NCBI GenBank assembly: GCA_963737655.1
Contig: CAVTTN010000002.1
Location: 3,552,001-3,616,000, forward strand
Length of the DNA stretch: 64,000 bases
Source of the DNA: an uncultured Planctomycetota bacterium
Lineage (GTDB): Bacteria; Planctomycetota; Planctomycetia; Isosphaerales; Isosphaeraceae
Reading direction: 5' to 3'
The notes below the pieces were generated by a model. It was not told where the DNA came from. It made no database searches and was given only the letters and a program-made list of their open reading frames with translations. Positions 11,954 to 21,861 of this stretch are shown here, one piece after another (position 1 is the stretch's first letter; each line of letters begins with the position of its first letter). The position numbers and the translations under genes are program-made.

Positions 11954-12336
11954 AGGATGGCATGTCCCTCGGCCTGAAGGGCGAGGGTGGCTTCGCCGAG
12001 GTTCTCCTCCTTCACGAGCAGGTAATCGGTGTCGAAGGTGGAGACGGCGAACAGGCTGATCCCGGCCCTGGCCAGGCCGCCGGAGAGCTTCGCGAGCACT
12101 CCGACCGTCGCCAGGTCCATCGGCCCGGCGACCTCGAACGCCCTCCAGCCGCGATCGGCCTCGATCCCCCCGGGGACGGCGACGGCTTCGCAGACGATGG
12201 ACGTCTCCGACCGGGTCCTGGTCACGCTGAAGAAGTCGCCCTGGACGGCCCAGCCCGGGATCGGCTCGCCCGGCCCGAGGCGGCAGATCGCCATCCGGCC
12301 CGGCATCAGGATCAACGTCATCGCTCGATCGAACAT
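11950..12336 (-). CDS. ACT-domain protein (ACT_7/CASTOR-like)
   Basis: Motifs FFSVTRTRSETSIVC, GWRAFEVAGPMD...VGVLA and ISLFAVSTFDTDYLLVK. Confidence 0.85.
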   Translation of the reverse strand: MFDRAMTLILMPGRMAICRLGPGEPIPGWAVQGDFFSVTRTRSETSIVCEAVAVPGGIEADRGWRAFEVAGPMDLATVGVLAKLSGGLARAGISLFAVSTFDTDYLLVKEENLGEATLALQAEGHAIL

Positions 12337-12359
12337 CGGGCCCTCTCCGAACGAGCGAG

Positions 12360-13394
12360 TCAGTACGAATCGGCCGAGAGGATCTCGCCGCCGGAGATCG
12401 AGCCCAGGGCCCGCCAGGTTTGCCAGGTGATCGAGTTGCGGAGGAACTTCACGCTGCCGTCGCCGAACAGGGCGTTGACCCCTCCGGGATGATAGCTCCG
12501 GGCCGTCACGGCCGAATAGGTCGGGCCGCCGTCGTCTTCGTCCTCGGACGTGAAGTCCGTGTCCTGGGCGTTCGGCCCGCCAGGCGACCGGGTGTTCGGC
12601 GGCAAGGCCGTCGTGAAGCCGTCGTAAAACGAGTTGCCGTTGACCCACCGGGTATGGCCGCTGGCCACCTTGCCGCAGGACGACCCCGCCGAGCCGATCA
12701 CGCTTAAAATCGACGCCGGATCGGGGCTGACTCCGGGAGAGGCCAGGCTCGCCGGGACGGCCGCCGGGCAGTCATGGTAGACCTGCCCGTACGTCCTGAC
12801 CTCGGCGGCCAGGAGAGACTGGCTCAGGCCGTCGGTGAACGCCGAGAACCTCCGGCTCGCGTTGGTCTGGAAGGCTCCCCGATTGTCCGGTGCCGATGCC
12901 CCCCCGAACGAGTACCAGTCCCCCACGTTCCACGCGTAATTCGAGACTCCGAAGGTCGTCTGGACGCCCGTCGTGGCGTTGGTGCTCACGAACGGGTTCG
13001 AATGGATCTCGCTCGGGCAGATCAGGACCGAGACCGTCGACGACGCGACCGTGACGTTCACCGGCGAGCTCGTCGGCATCGCGAAGTTGATCGCATCGAA
13101 CAGCGGCCCCTGCTCCGCGAACGGAAGGAGTCGCGAGGTCACGCCCCATTGCGACTTCCACGCCACCTTCCCCGCCACGATCTTGAGCACTTGCTGGGGA
13201 GGCAACGCGCCGTGGACGCCCTCATAATTCATCACCGCCAGGCCCAGTTGCTTCAAATTGTTCGTGCACCGCATCCGCCGGGCCGCCTCCCTCGCTCCCT
13301 GGACCGCCGGAAGGAGCAGCCCGATCAGCACGCCGATGATCGCGATCACCACCAGAAGCTCAATCAGGGTGAATCCCCGTCGTTCCGTCTTCAT
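12360..13394 (-). CDS. DUF1559 prepilin-type N-terminal cleavage protein
   Basis: [54 protein letters not shown] and the C-terminal [16 protein letters not shown] (H-X9-DG). AGGAGG RBS. Confidence 0.93.
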   Translation of the reverse strand: MKTERRGFTLIELLVVIAIIGVLIGLLLPAVQGAREAARRMRCTNNLKQLGLAVMNYEGVHGALPPQQVLKIVAGKVAWKSQWGVTSRLLPFAEQGPLFDAINFAMPTSSPVNVTVASSTVSVLICPSEIHSNPFVSTNATTGVQTTFGVSNYAWNVGDWYSFGGASAPDNRGAFQTNASRRFSAFTDGLSQSLLAAEVRTYGQVYHDCPAAVPASLASPGVSPDPASILSVIGSAGSSCGKVASGHTRWVNGNSFYDGFTTALPPNTRSPGGPNAQDTDFTSEDEDDGGPTYSAVTARSYHPGGVNALFGDGSVKFLRNSITWQTWRALGSISGGEILSADSY

Positions 13395-13410
13395 CCCATC
13401 CTCCTGGTCT

Positions 13411-13470
13411 TGATACTGAGATTCAGTCTCATTGAGACAGGATCTCAACACAAGTCGAGCTGCCTGTCAA
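13411..13470 (-). promoter_or_regulatory. promoter (-35 TTGACA) overlapped by three Fur-box-like 7-1-7 inverted repeats
   Basis: TGATACT-G-AGATTCA (13411-13425), TGAGATT-C-AGTCTCA (13417-13431) and TGAGACA-G-GATCTCA (13433-13447). TTGACA on the minus strand at 13470-13465. Confidence 0.6.
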
Positions 13471-13630
13471 GGCGCCGGCTGGTCATTTTTGGACGATTCC
13501 TCTCGGGTGTCTGGAAACCGAAGCGACCTGGCTGGCCCGGGTTCCGAAGCCGGAATCCGAACCAGCCAGGACGCTTTGGAAGACACCTCGGCCCCATGAG
13601 AAACCGCCCCGGCGCGTCCGGAGGGCGATT

Positions 13631-14194
13631 TCAGAGGCCGATGCGTGACCTGCGGAGGGACTCGTGAAGGAGGGCCACGACCGTCATCGAGTCGGTGACG
13701 TCGCCTCGATGGAGGAGGTCGAGGGCCTCGGCCCAGGAGACGCGGCGGACCCGGATTTTCTCGGTCCCCTCGGGCTCGCTCGGCCCTCGGTGGAGGCCGG
13801 TGGCGCGGAAGAGGACGGCGGCCTCGTCGGTCGCGGAGTTCGACAGGTGGACGGCCCCGCCGATCGGTTCGAGGCGATCGGCCACGAGGCCGGTCTCCTC
13901 GCGAAGCTCGCGGCGGGCGGCCTCATCGGGCGACTCTCCCTCGGGTGCCCCGCCCTCGGGGATCTCCCAGGAATACCGCTCGATGGCGTAACGATACTGG
14001 CCGACCAGCCAGATCGAGCCGTCGTCCTCGACCGGGAGGACCCCGACCGCCAGGTTCTTGAAGTGGACGACGCCATAGATCCCGGGCTGACCGTCGGGAC
14101 GGATCACCCGATCTTCGCGGACGGAGATCCAGGGGTTCTCATAGACGGGGCGACGGTCCAGGGTCGTCCACGGATTGGCCTCCGGCTCACTCAT
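13631..14194 (-). CDS. NUDIX hydrolase (ADP-ribose pyrophosphatase-like)
   Basis: Nudix box [27 protein letters not shown], plus [12 protein letters not shown] and LVGQYRY. Confidence 0.9.
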   Translation of the reverse strand: MSEPEANPWTTLDRRPVYENPWISVREDRVIRPDGQPGIYGVVHFKNLAVGVLPVEDDGSIWLVGQYRYAIERYSWEIPEGGAPEGESPDEAARRELREETGLVADRLEPIGGAVHLSNSATDEAAVLFRATGLHRGPSEPEGTEKIRVRRVSWAEALDLLHRGDVTDSMTVVALLHESLRRSRIGL

Positions 14195-14204
14195 CGGCAA
14201 CTCC

Positions 14205-14368
14205 GTAAGGTGCATGAAATGCACCGATGAATAAGATGCAAGAGATGAACCATCCACGCATCGGCCGATGGCTCGCCTCCGATTTCCGTCCCCCGTTCCG
14301 TCGCGAATCGGGGGAGGAAGCGGAGGACCTCGGCGGCCTCGCGGATGGTGCATCTTCCTGCAGCCTAC
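14205..14368. repeat. REP doublet, family A, copy 3
   Basis: GTAAGGTGCATGAAATGCACC (14205-14225) and inverted GGTGCATCTTCCTGCAGCCTAC (14347-14368). Confidence 0.8.
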
Positions 14369-15246
14369 GCTCGGAGGACGGCCTGGAGGGTGATCCCCAT
14401 GTCGGCGGGGCTCTGGGCGACCTGGATCCCCGCGCCTTCGAGGGCCGCGATCTTGTCGCTGGCCTTGCCCGAGCCGCCGGAGATGATCGCGCCGGCGTGG
14501 CCCATCCTCTTGCCCGGGGGGGCGGTCTGGCCGGCGATGAACGCGGCCAGCGGCTTGGTGAACCGGCCGGACTTCTTCAGGGCCGCGGCCTGTTCCTCGG
14601 CGTCCCCGCCGATCTCGCCCATCATCAGGACGGCGTCGGTGTCCGGGTCGTCCTGGAACATCGCGAGGACATCGACGAAGCTCGTGCCGTTGACCGGGTC
14701 GCCGCCGATCCCCACGCAGGTGCTCTGGCCGATCCCCAGGTTCGTCAGTTGCCAGACGGCTTCGTAGGTGAGCGTCCCCGACCGGCTGACCACGCCGATC
14801 CGGCCCGGCTTGTGGATGTATCCCGGCATGATGCCGATCTTGCACGCGCCGGGGGTGATCACTCCGGGGCAATTCGGGCCGATCAGCCGGGCTTTCGGGT
14901 GGTGGATCTTGAGGTACTCGACGGCCCGGGCCATGTCGAGGACGGGGATGCCCTCGGTGATCGCCACGATCAGGGTGATCCCCGCGTCGGCCGCTTCGAG
15001 GATGGCGTCGGCCGCCCCGGGAGGCGGGACGAAGATCATGGTGGCGTTGGCGCCGACGGCCGAGACGGCCTCGTGGCAGGTGTCGAAGACGGGGACGCCC
15101 ACGGCGGTCTGGCCGCCTCGTCCGGGGGTGACCCCGCCGACGAGGTTGGTGCCATACGCCTTGCACTGCTCCGAATGGAACGCGCCCGCCTTGCCGGTGA
15201 TTCCCTGGCAGATCAGCCGCGTGTCCTTGCCGACGAGGATGCTCAT
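14365..15246 (-). CDS. sucD: succinate--CoA ligase subunit alpha
   Basis: Motifs [35 protein letters not shown] and the phospho-His motif RMGHAGA. Confidence 0.97.
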   Translation of the reverse strand: MSILVGKDTRLICQGITGKAGAFHSEQCKAYGTNLVGGVTPGRGGQTAVGVPVFDTCHEAVSAVGANATMIFVPPPGAADAILEAADAGITLIVAITEGIPVLDMARAVEYLKIHHPKARLIGPNCPGVITPGACKIGIMPGYIHKPGRIGVVSRSGTLTYEAVWQLTNLGIGQSTCVGIGGDPVNGTSFVDVLAMFQDDPDTDAVLMMGEIGGDAEEQAAALKKSGRFTKPLAAFIAGQTAPPGKRMGHAGAIISGGSGKASDKIAALEGAGIQVAQSPADMGITLQAVLRA

Positions 15247-15694
15247 GGGATGATCCCGAGGGTTGATGGAAGGCCCGCCATCTTACCGACCCTCGCGCGA
15301 GTTTCCCACCCTGGCGGCCCGCCCTCCGGGCGCTTTCTCGGGACGCGATCGGCGGTCCGGCCTGTGCGGATCGTGCGAGGCCTGATGCATTCCCGTAAGA
15401 TCGGTCCGGCTCGTCCTTTCGAAAAAGCGGAGGCGTCGCCATTTTTTGGGGACAACGCCCGGGGCCTCCGACGCATCTCTCCATCATGAGGCCACCAAAG
15501 GCCGGCCGAGCCAGGCTCTCCGAGAGGAGTCCTCCTCGGCCGTCGATGGAGCGGTGGACCTCGATCGGGCCCCCTCTGAGCGGGCGGCCCCTCGGTCAAC
15601 TCGCCCCCAGATTCGCCGGGCTTTCCAGTCCCCTGGCTGTCCTTCCGCGCCCCGACTGCCCCGGGGCCGACCGGACCGAAGAGGAGTTCCCCCC

Positions 15695-17209
15695 ATGACC
15701 GCCCTCGCCCGGACCCTCCGATCGGCCGCTCCTTCCGCCCCCGAGGACCAGTCCGAAGGGCGGCCCGAGGACGCCGAGCGACGGATCGAGGACTGGATCG
15801 TCAGCAACCTCGACGGCGACGCCTCCGACCGACCCGGGGCGTACCTCGACGGCCTCCTCCTGAAGTCCCCGGTCAAGAGGAAGGGGGCCGGGGCCTCGCC
15901 GTCTCCCTCGCCCGAACCGCCCGTCCGTCCCTGGAAGCATTTCGCCGTGGCCAAGCTCCGGGGGATCACCATCGTGAAGCTCGTGGACTCGAACCTGATC
16001 CGAGACACCGTCCTCCACGAGCTGGGGGACGAGCTCGCCGCCCTGATCGACTCCGGGGCCCGCCGCCTCGTGGTCGATTTCCAGAGGGTCGAGCGGCTCT
16101 CCAGCCACCTCGTGGCCTCCCTGGCCGAAGCCTACGCCCGCTGCACGGCCACCGTCGGCGGATTGCTCCGGGTCTGCCGCCTGAACCCGGAGATCGCCCC
16201 GGTCTTCTCGCTGGTCGGCCGGATGATCGGGATCGAGGCATTCGCCGACGAGAAAACGGCCGTCGAGGCCCCCTGGCCCGGCCCGACCCTGCTCCTCCCC
16301 CTGCCCGTGTCGATCCTCTCGGCCCTGGCGGCGGGGGAATCCGGCGTCGATCTGGACACCCGGGGGATCGCGTCCGATTCGGCCCCTGCGCTCGACGACG
16401 ACCAGGCCGAGGCCCTCGCCGCCGCCCCTCCGGTGGTCCTCGTCGGCGACGACGGCCGGATGGCCCCGGTCGGCCCCGGCGAATTCTCGATCGGCCGCGA
16501 GGAAGCCTGCGACCTCTGGCTCGACCTGCCCAGCGTCAGCCGTCGCCACGCGGCGATCGAGAACTTCGGCCGAGGGGTGACCCTCCGCGACCTGGGCAGC
16601 ACCAACGGCACGATCCTCAACGGCCGGACCCTCCGAAAGTCCTCCGAACTCCTCCGCAACGGCGACCGGATCGAGGTCGGGGGCCACCGCTTCGTCGTCT
16701 CGATCGGCGACGCCGCCCGGTTCGAGGAGGCCGTCGAGGACCACCTCCTGGACTGGCTCGGCACCCACTCATCCCCCATGCCCGAAGACCTCGACGACGA
16801 CGAGGACGCCGCCGAAACCCCGACCCTGACCGGCGCCGAGACGCTCGACCTGGGCATCGCCTCGGTCGCCATCAAGTGCGAGCGGATCGAGGACGTCCTG
16901 CTCGTCACGCCGATGCTGCCTCATCTCGACGAGGAATCGGCCGTCAACGCCCTCCGGGAAGCCCTCCTGGACCTCCTCGATCGCGGCCTGCCGACCCGCC
17001 TGGTGGTGAACCTCCCGATCGTCGAAAGGCTCTCCAGCGGGGCCATCGGGGTCCTCCTCGCCCACCAGCTCCGGCTCCACCGCCTGGGAGGAGCCATGAG
17101 GCTAGTCCAGGTCCAGCCCCTCGTGCGGACTTATCTGACCCACATCCGCCTGCCCATGCTCGTCGAGATCCACGAAACCCTCGACGATGCGGTGTTGACC
17201 TCCTGGTGA
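15695..17209 (+). CDS. STAS-FHA-STAS multidomain signalling protein
   Basis: Two STAS-like segments (LVVDFQRVERLSS and LVVNLPIVERLSSGAIGVL) flank an FHA domain (IGR...SVSRRHA...DLGSTNGTILNG). GAGGAG RBS. Confidence 0.8.
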   Translation: MTALARTLRSAAPSAPEDQSEGRPEDAERRIEDWIVSNLDGDASDRPGAYLDGLLLKSPVKRKGAGASPSPSPEPPVRPWKHFAVAKLRGITIVKLVDSNLIRDTVLHELGDELAALIDSGARRLVVDFQRVERLSSHLVASLAEAYARCTATVGGLLRVCRLNPEIAPVFSLVGRMIGIEAFADEKTAVEAPWPGPTLLLPLPVSILSALAAGESGVDLDTRGIASDSAPALDDDQAEALAAAPPVVLVGDDGRMAPVGPGEFSIGREEACDLWLDLPSVSRRHAAIENFGRGVTLRDLGSTNGTILNGRTLRKSSELLRNGDRIEVGGHRFVVSIGDAARFEEAVEDHLLDWLGTHSSPMPEDLDDDEDAAETPTLTGAETLDLGIASVAIKCERIEDVLLVTPMLPHLDEESAVNALREALLDLLDRGLPTRLVVNLPIVERLSSGAIGVLLAHQLRLHRLGGAMRLVQVQPLVRTYLTHIRLPMLVEIHETLDDAVLTSW

Positions 17210-17278
17210 GCGAGTCGGTTGAGAGCGGTTTTCGATCGGATGAAGCGGTGGACTTCCGAACGAACCTCTTTTCCCGTC

Positions 17279-17331
17279 GTAGGGCAGGCCTTCGGCTGCC
17301 GTCGGTCCCGGCAGGCCAAGGCCTGACCTAC
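17279..17331. repeat. REP doublet, second GTAG family (B)
   Basis: GTAGGGCAGGCCTTCGGCTGCC (17279-17300) and inverted GGCAGGCCAAGGCCTGACCTAC (17310-17331). Confidence 0.7.
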
Positions 17332-17528
17332 GAGTTCTCAACCGCCACGCTCAATCGAAAAAATGCACCAACCGTCCAGGTGGTCAAGGATCGACCCAGG
17401 CCGCTCGGCCAACGGCGGGAACAAAATACCTCAAGAAACGGCATCCAGCCAATCGATGCCGACCGGTCCGGAAACGAGGGTCCCGGTCGCGGTCGATTCA
17501 GCGAGTCATGGCCGCGCACCCACGCCGA

Positions 17529-18407
17529 TCAGAGCGAACCCCCACCATAATACGACGGATTCGTGAGGCGAATCCCGACGATTCCGGGAGTCGTGTCGGG
17601 GTTGATCAGGTTGCCCTGGAGGTCGGTCAGACCTGAACCGGTGTTCGACGGCGGCACCAGCCGGAGCAAAGACTTCGTGCGCCTCCCCTGAATCGGGTTC
17701 GCCGCCAGGGGATCGTTGCGAACGGGCTGCTTCGGGATCAGCGTCACCGATTGGGTCGACGGGTCGTACCGGGCGGATCGGAGCGGCACCGAATGCGCAG
17801 AAAGCGATTGACTCAGTCCCAGGAAGCCGGTGGATTGGCTGGTCGCCGCTTGAACAAAGTAATTCTTCACATTCGAGGCAGCGACGGGATTCATCGGTTT
17901 GTTGAATCTCACCACGATGCCGGAGGGCGCGTTCGACGCGGAGACGACCCTCGGGGGGAGCGTGGGTTCCGACGCCACGATCGTCAGATCCATCATGGCG
18001 AATGCGAGGTTGACGATCGGCGTGGAATTGATGGATTTGATGAAGAAGGGGACGTCCACGACGCCCGGGTTGGGTGCTCCGGCGAGAATCGGGACGGTCA
18101 GGGAGGCTTGACCCTGGCCGTCGGCAAACGTGAGGGTCTGATCCGTGGCGCCCACGTATGGCGTGTACCCATACGTCGCCACCTCAACCTGCAAAGGGCC
18201 GGCGGTGTCGGGGCGCGACAGGGTCACGGTGGCTTCGCCGGCTTGCTGCGTCACCACTTGCGTGGGAAATCGAGGGGTCCCGGATTGGTCCCCCACGAAA
18301 CGCACGATCGGGGGTTTCTCGGGAGTCGACGCGGGTCCGGCCGACAGGAGCAACCGCCCTTCGAGCTCGAAGGGCGCAGCCGCGAAGGCACGCGCAGGGC
18401 GGGGCAT
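17529..18407 (-). CDS. planctomycete extracellular protein (LEPR-XLL motif; Calx-beta/Ig-like domains)
   Basis: ELEGRLLLS export motif, TLTFADGQ (Calx-beta-like), and VVRFNKPMNP...SARYD...VTL...LTDLQGN (Ig-like). Confidence 0.65.
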   Translation of the reverse strand: MPRPARAFAAAPFELEGRLLLSAGPASTPEKPPIVRFVGDQSGTPRFPTQVVTQQAGEATVTLSRPDTAGPLQVEVATYGYTPYVGATDQTLTFADGQGQASLTVPILAGAPNPGVVDVPFFIKSINSTPIVNLAFAMMDLTIVASEPTLPPRVVSASNAPSGIVVRFNKPMNPVAASNVKNYFVQAATSQSTGFLGLSQSLSAHSVPLRSARYDPSTQSVTLIPKQPVRNDPLAANPIQGRRTKSLLRLVPPSNTGSGLTDLQGNLINPDTTPGIVGIRLTNPSYYGGGSL

Positions 18408-18578
18408 GGGAGGAATCCATCCCAGAAAACCGAGGGGATCGCCCGCGACGGCTTCGACGCGGGCCGAGAACTTCGACCTGGATCGACCGGGGGCATGCCA
18501 GACTTGAGGATTCGTTGGATTTGATCATGCCCCCCGGCGCCGATCCGAGATCCCGGCCGGCGGTCCAGCGACCGAGCG

Positions 18579-19142
18579 TTATCCGCGCCCGCCTCCGTCT
18601 TCTTCCACCGCCTTCACCAGCCTGCGAAACGCAGCCCGAAGCTCCTTCGGCAGTTGAGAGGCAAACCCGGCGGAGAGCCCGCGATGGCGGATCAGGCCGA
18701 TCACGTCGGCCAGGTCGATGGCCCGGACCAGGTGCCTCGTCCCACTTCGGAGTTTCATCGCGACCAGGTCGGCCAGGGAGACGGTCGTGATACCCTGAAG
18801 TTCGACGACTTCCCTGGGCGCCTGAACGATCTGATCGATGGTGACCAGATGGATCGGAAGCCCATCCCTCCGAAATTCTCGTCGGCTGCGATCCGGGGCG
18901 AACCCCAGGGATTGGAGGAGATCGCCCATCGGCTCGTCGGGGCCGGGGACGAAGAGATTGACGTCCCGGGTCGTGCGGACGTAGCCGTGGAGGACCACGG
19001 CGACTCCCCCGATCACCGCCCCTTCGATGCCCGCCGAGGCCATCGCCCGCGAGAGCTCGACGGCCGCCTGGAGGAGCGCCCCCCGGTTCTCCAGCAAGAG
19101 GAGGGCCTCCTCGCGAAGGTCGATCGGGAGGTTCGCGGGCAT
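18579..19142 (-). CDS. nucleotidyltransferase-fold protein (AbiEii/DUF6036-like)
   Basis: AVIGGVAVVLHGYVRTTRDVNLFV and SLADLVAMKL...R..DLADV. Confidence 0.7.
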   Translation of the reverse strand: MPANLPIDLREEALLLLENRGALLQAAVELSRAMASAGIEGAVIGGVAVVLHGYVRTTRDVNLFVPGPDEPMGDLLQSLGFAPDRSRREFRRDGLPIHLVTIDQIVQAPREVVELQGITTVSLADLVAMKLRSGTRHLVRAIDLADVIGLIRHRGLSAGFASQLPKELRAAFRRLVKAVEEDGGGRG

Positions 19143-19155
19143 GCTGGCTCTCGGT

Positions 19156-20406
19156 TCAGGCGGCGCCTCGAACGGCGGCCACGATCTTTTGCGCGGCGTC
19201 GGTGAGGCCGTCGGCCGCGATGATCTTCCGGCCCGACTCGGCCAGGAGCTTCTTGCCCGCCTCCACGTTCGTCCCTTCGAGCCGGACGACCAGGGGCACC
19301 CGGAAGTCGATCTCGTCATACGCCGCCAGGAGGGCCGCCGCGATCGTGTCGCACTTCATGATCCCGCCAAAGATGTTCACGAGAACACCCTTGACGTTCG
19401 GCGTCGAGAGGAGGATCCGGAAGGCCTCGAGGACCTGGTCCTTGTTCGCGCCTCCGCCGACGTCCAGGAAGTTGGCCGGCTCGCCCCCGTGGTACTTGAT
19501 CAGGTCCATCGTGCTCATGGCCAGGCCGGCGCCATTGACCAGGCAGGCGATGTCGCCGTCGAGCTGGACGTAGCTCAGGCCGCTCCTGGCGGCGCGGAGC
19601 TCGTTGGGGTCTTCCTCGGCCGGATCGAGATATCCGGCGATGTCCTTGTGCTTGAACAGGGCGTTGTCGTCGAAGTTCAGCTTGCAGTCGAGCGCGAGAA
19701 CCTCGCCCTTGTCGGTGACGATCAAGGGGTTGATCTCGGCGAGCGAGGCGTCGGTGTCGAGGAACATCTTCACGAACTGCTTGAGGAAGACGGCCCCCTT
19801 CGCGGCGGATTCGCCCGAGAGGCCCAGGGCCTTGCAGACCTTCCTCGCCTGGAAATCCCCGAGGCCGAACAGGGTGTCGATCGGCTCTCGGTGGATCTTC
19901 TCCGGCGATTCCTCGGCCACCTTCTCGATCTCGACGCCGCCCTCGGTCGAGGCCATCAGCACCGGGCACTTCAGGCCGCGATCCAGGGCCAGGCCCAGGT
20001 ACAACTCCTTGGCGATGTCGTGGCCGACGGTCACGAGGACCTTGGCGATCTTCTGGCCCTCGGCGCCGGTCTGGTACGTCACCAGGGTCTTGCCCAGGAG
20101 GCTGGCGGCGGCGGCCTTCGCCTCGTCGCGGGTCTTGACGAGCTGGACCCCCCTGGCCATGCCCTGGGGGCGGGGCTTCTGGCCCGAGGCGATCGCCAGG
20201 GCCTCGGCCCGATCGACCTCGGGGCCGATCGCCACGCCCTTGCCCCGGCCTCCGGCGTGGACCTGCGCCTTGACGACCACGAGGGGGACGCCGAGCTTGT
20301 CGAACGCCTCGGCGGCCTCCTCGGGGGTCGTCGCCACGATCCCCGCCGGGACGGCCACTCCGGCCTTCTCCAGGATCTCCTTGGCCTGATACTCGTGGAC
20401 CTTCAT
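19156..20406 (-). CDS. sucC: succinate--CoA ligase subunit beta
   Basis: Motifs [48 protein letters not shown] and VVRLEGTN. Confidence 0.97.
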   Translation of the reverse strand: MKVHEYQAKEILEKAGVAVPAGIVATTPEEAAEAFDKLGVPLVVVKAQVHAGGRGKGVAIGPEVDRAEALAIASGQKPRPQGMARGVQLVKTRDEAKAAAASLLGKTLVTYQTGAEGQKIAKVLVTVGHDIAKELYLGLALDRGLKCPVLMASTEGGVEIEKVAEESPEKIHREPIDTLFGLGDFQARKVCKALGLSGESAAKGAVFLKQFVKMFLDTDASLAEINPLIVTDKGEVLALDCKLNFDDNALFKHKDIAGYLDPAEEDPNELRAARSGLSYVQLDGDIACLVNGAGLAMSTMDLIKYHGGEPANFLDVGGGANKDQVLEAFRILLSTPNVKGVLVNIFGGIMKCDTIAAALLAAYDEIDFRVPLVVRLEGTNVEAGKKLLAESGRKIIAADGLTDAAQKIVAAVRGAA

Positions 20407-20505
20407 CGCCCGATGGCCCCCTCGTTGCTCGCCGGGATTCGAACGCCCCCGATCGCCGGGGACGCCCGGTTGTAGCACATCGGCCGGGCCCTTCGCCAGA
20501 CGGCC

Positions 20506-21141
20506 CTACGACCGCTTCTTCCGGCCGCCGCCCGGAGGTTCGCCCTCGACCTCCCGGACGATCCGGGCGATCTCGTCGTCGGTCGGCGCGAAGCCGTCGC
20601 CGGGGGCGTCTCGGAGGCCCGGTTCTTCATCGACGTGAGCAAACGTGTTCATCCAGAAGGCCGCCTCGGCCGCCGACGGCCCCTGCTGGCGGGCCGTCTC
20701 CTCGGGCGAGAGGGCCGGCGCCGGCGCCTCCTTCTTCTTCCGTCCGCGGTCGGCGACCTGGGACAGGAACTCGTCGCACGAGAGCGACCTCGCCCCCTTG
20801 CGGATCGCCGCGACCCTCACCCGATGGTCCGTCGAGACGACCGTCACCGCCTTCGGCGTCGGGTGGGAGGCCAGGATGGCCTCGATCCGGGCGTCGGCGT
20901 CCTCGTCGTCCACCGCGAACAGGATCGTCAGGCCCTTATGTTTTGCCCGATCCGGCCGGTCCGGCGGAGGATGGGCGGCGTCGAACACCACGACGGCCCC
21001 CGCGCTGTCAAGCGGCCCCAACGACGCCGCCAGGTCGTCGAGGAACCGAGTGCGGGCCCTTCGGAGCCCATCGGGCCCGAAGTCGCGTTCCATCAGCCCT
21101 CGGGCATGCATCAGGTTGTAGCCGTCGATGAGGGTCCTCAT
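20506..21141 (-). CDS. YacP-like NYN-domain protein
   Basis: LIDGYNL, VVVFDA, DADARIE and VVSTD (PIN/NYN acidic residues). Confidence 0.85.
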   Translation of the reverse strand: MRTLIDGYNLMHARGLMERDFGPDGLRRARTRFLDDLAASLGPLDSAGAVVVFDAAHPPPDRPDRAKHKGLTILFAVDDEDADARIEAILASHPTPKAVTVVSTDHRVRVAAIRKGARSLSCDEFLSQVADRGRKKKEAPAPALSPEETARQQGPSAAEAAFWMNTFAHVDEEPGLRDAPGDGFAPTDDEIARIVREVEGEPPGGGRKKRS

Positions 21142-21861
21142 GTCCACGATTGTATCCCGACCCCAGGCCCGAGGGGAGGTCGGCGACCCGTCGCGGGTCG
21201 TGGCAATCGGTTCGAATGCCGATGTGAAATTTTCATGGAATCATGATTTGAGATCGGGGAACGCACGGTCTCGTGACCGCGGCCGGGATCGAACCCAGGT
21301 TAGAATCTCATGATTTCCAATATTGTTGATATTACTCAATTTTACGTTTCGCAAGATCGTCGATGTCAACAAAGTGGACAACACAATCATCAAACTGGAC
21401 TACACTCGAGGGGCCAAAAACGCATTCCATCCGAGAAAACAAGGCGAAACCGGGCGCGCACTCGGTAAGGCCAGGTTCCACTTGCCAGAATCTGCATACT
21501 TTTGATGAATGGACTCAAATTCGGTTCTCGCAATAACTTACGCCGCCAGGAGACAGGGTCGCCTCCTGCCGGAAAACGCCCGGATTACGCTTCGTTCCGG
21601 GCCCTGGCTCGGGGCCCGAATCCGAGGGCCGATGCCGCGGGCTCCCGGAGCTTGGCCGGGATCGGGTGATCGGCGGCGTCGGGCGTCTCGATACTCCTTC
21701 CAGAAACTCGATTCGAACGGCCGCGATAAGAAGCGTTTCCTTCTCGGCGGACGGTTCTTCGGGGGCGTCCCGGCCGAGCGACCCCCGGGAAGGAAACGGC
21801 CCTGTCCCGGGGAATCGTCTTGCGGAACGTGCGGAGACCGGCCAAGATGGATGCGTTCGAC

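Noticed and set aside
21220..21545. Replication origin or dif site
   Set aside because: Only one imperfect DnaA box, no dnaA/dnaN nearby and no convincing XerC/D consensus.
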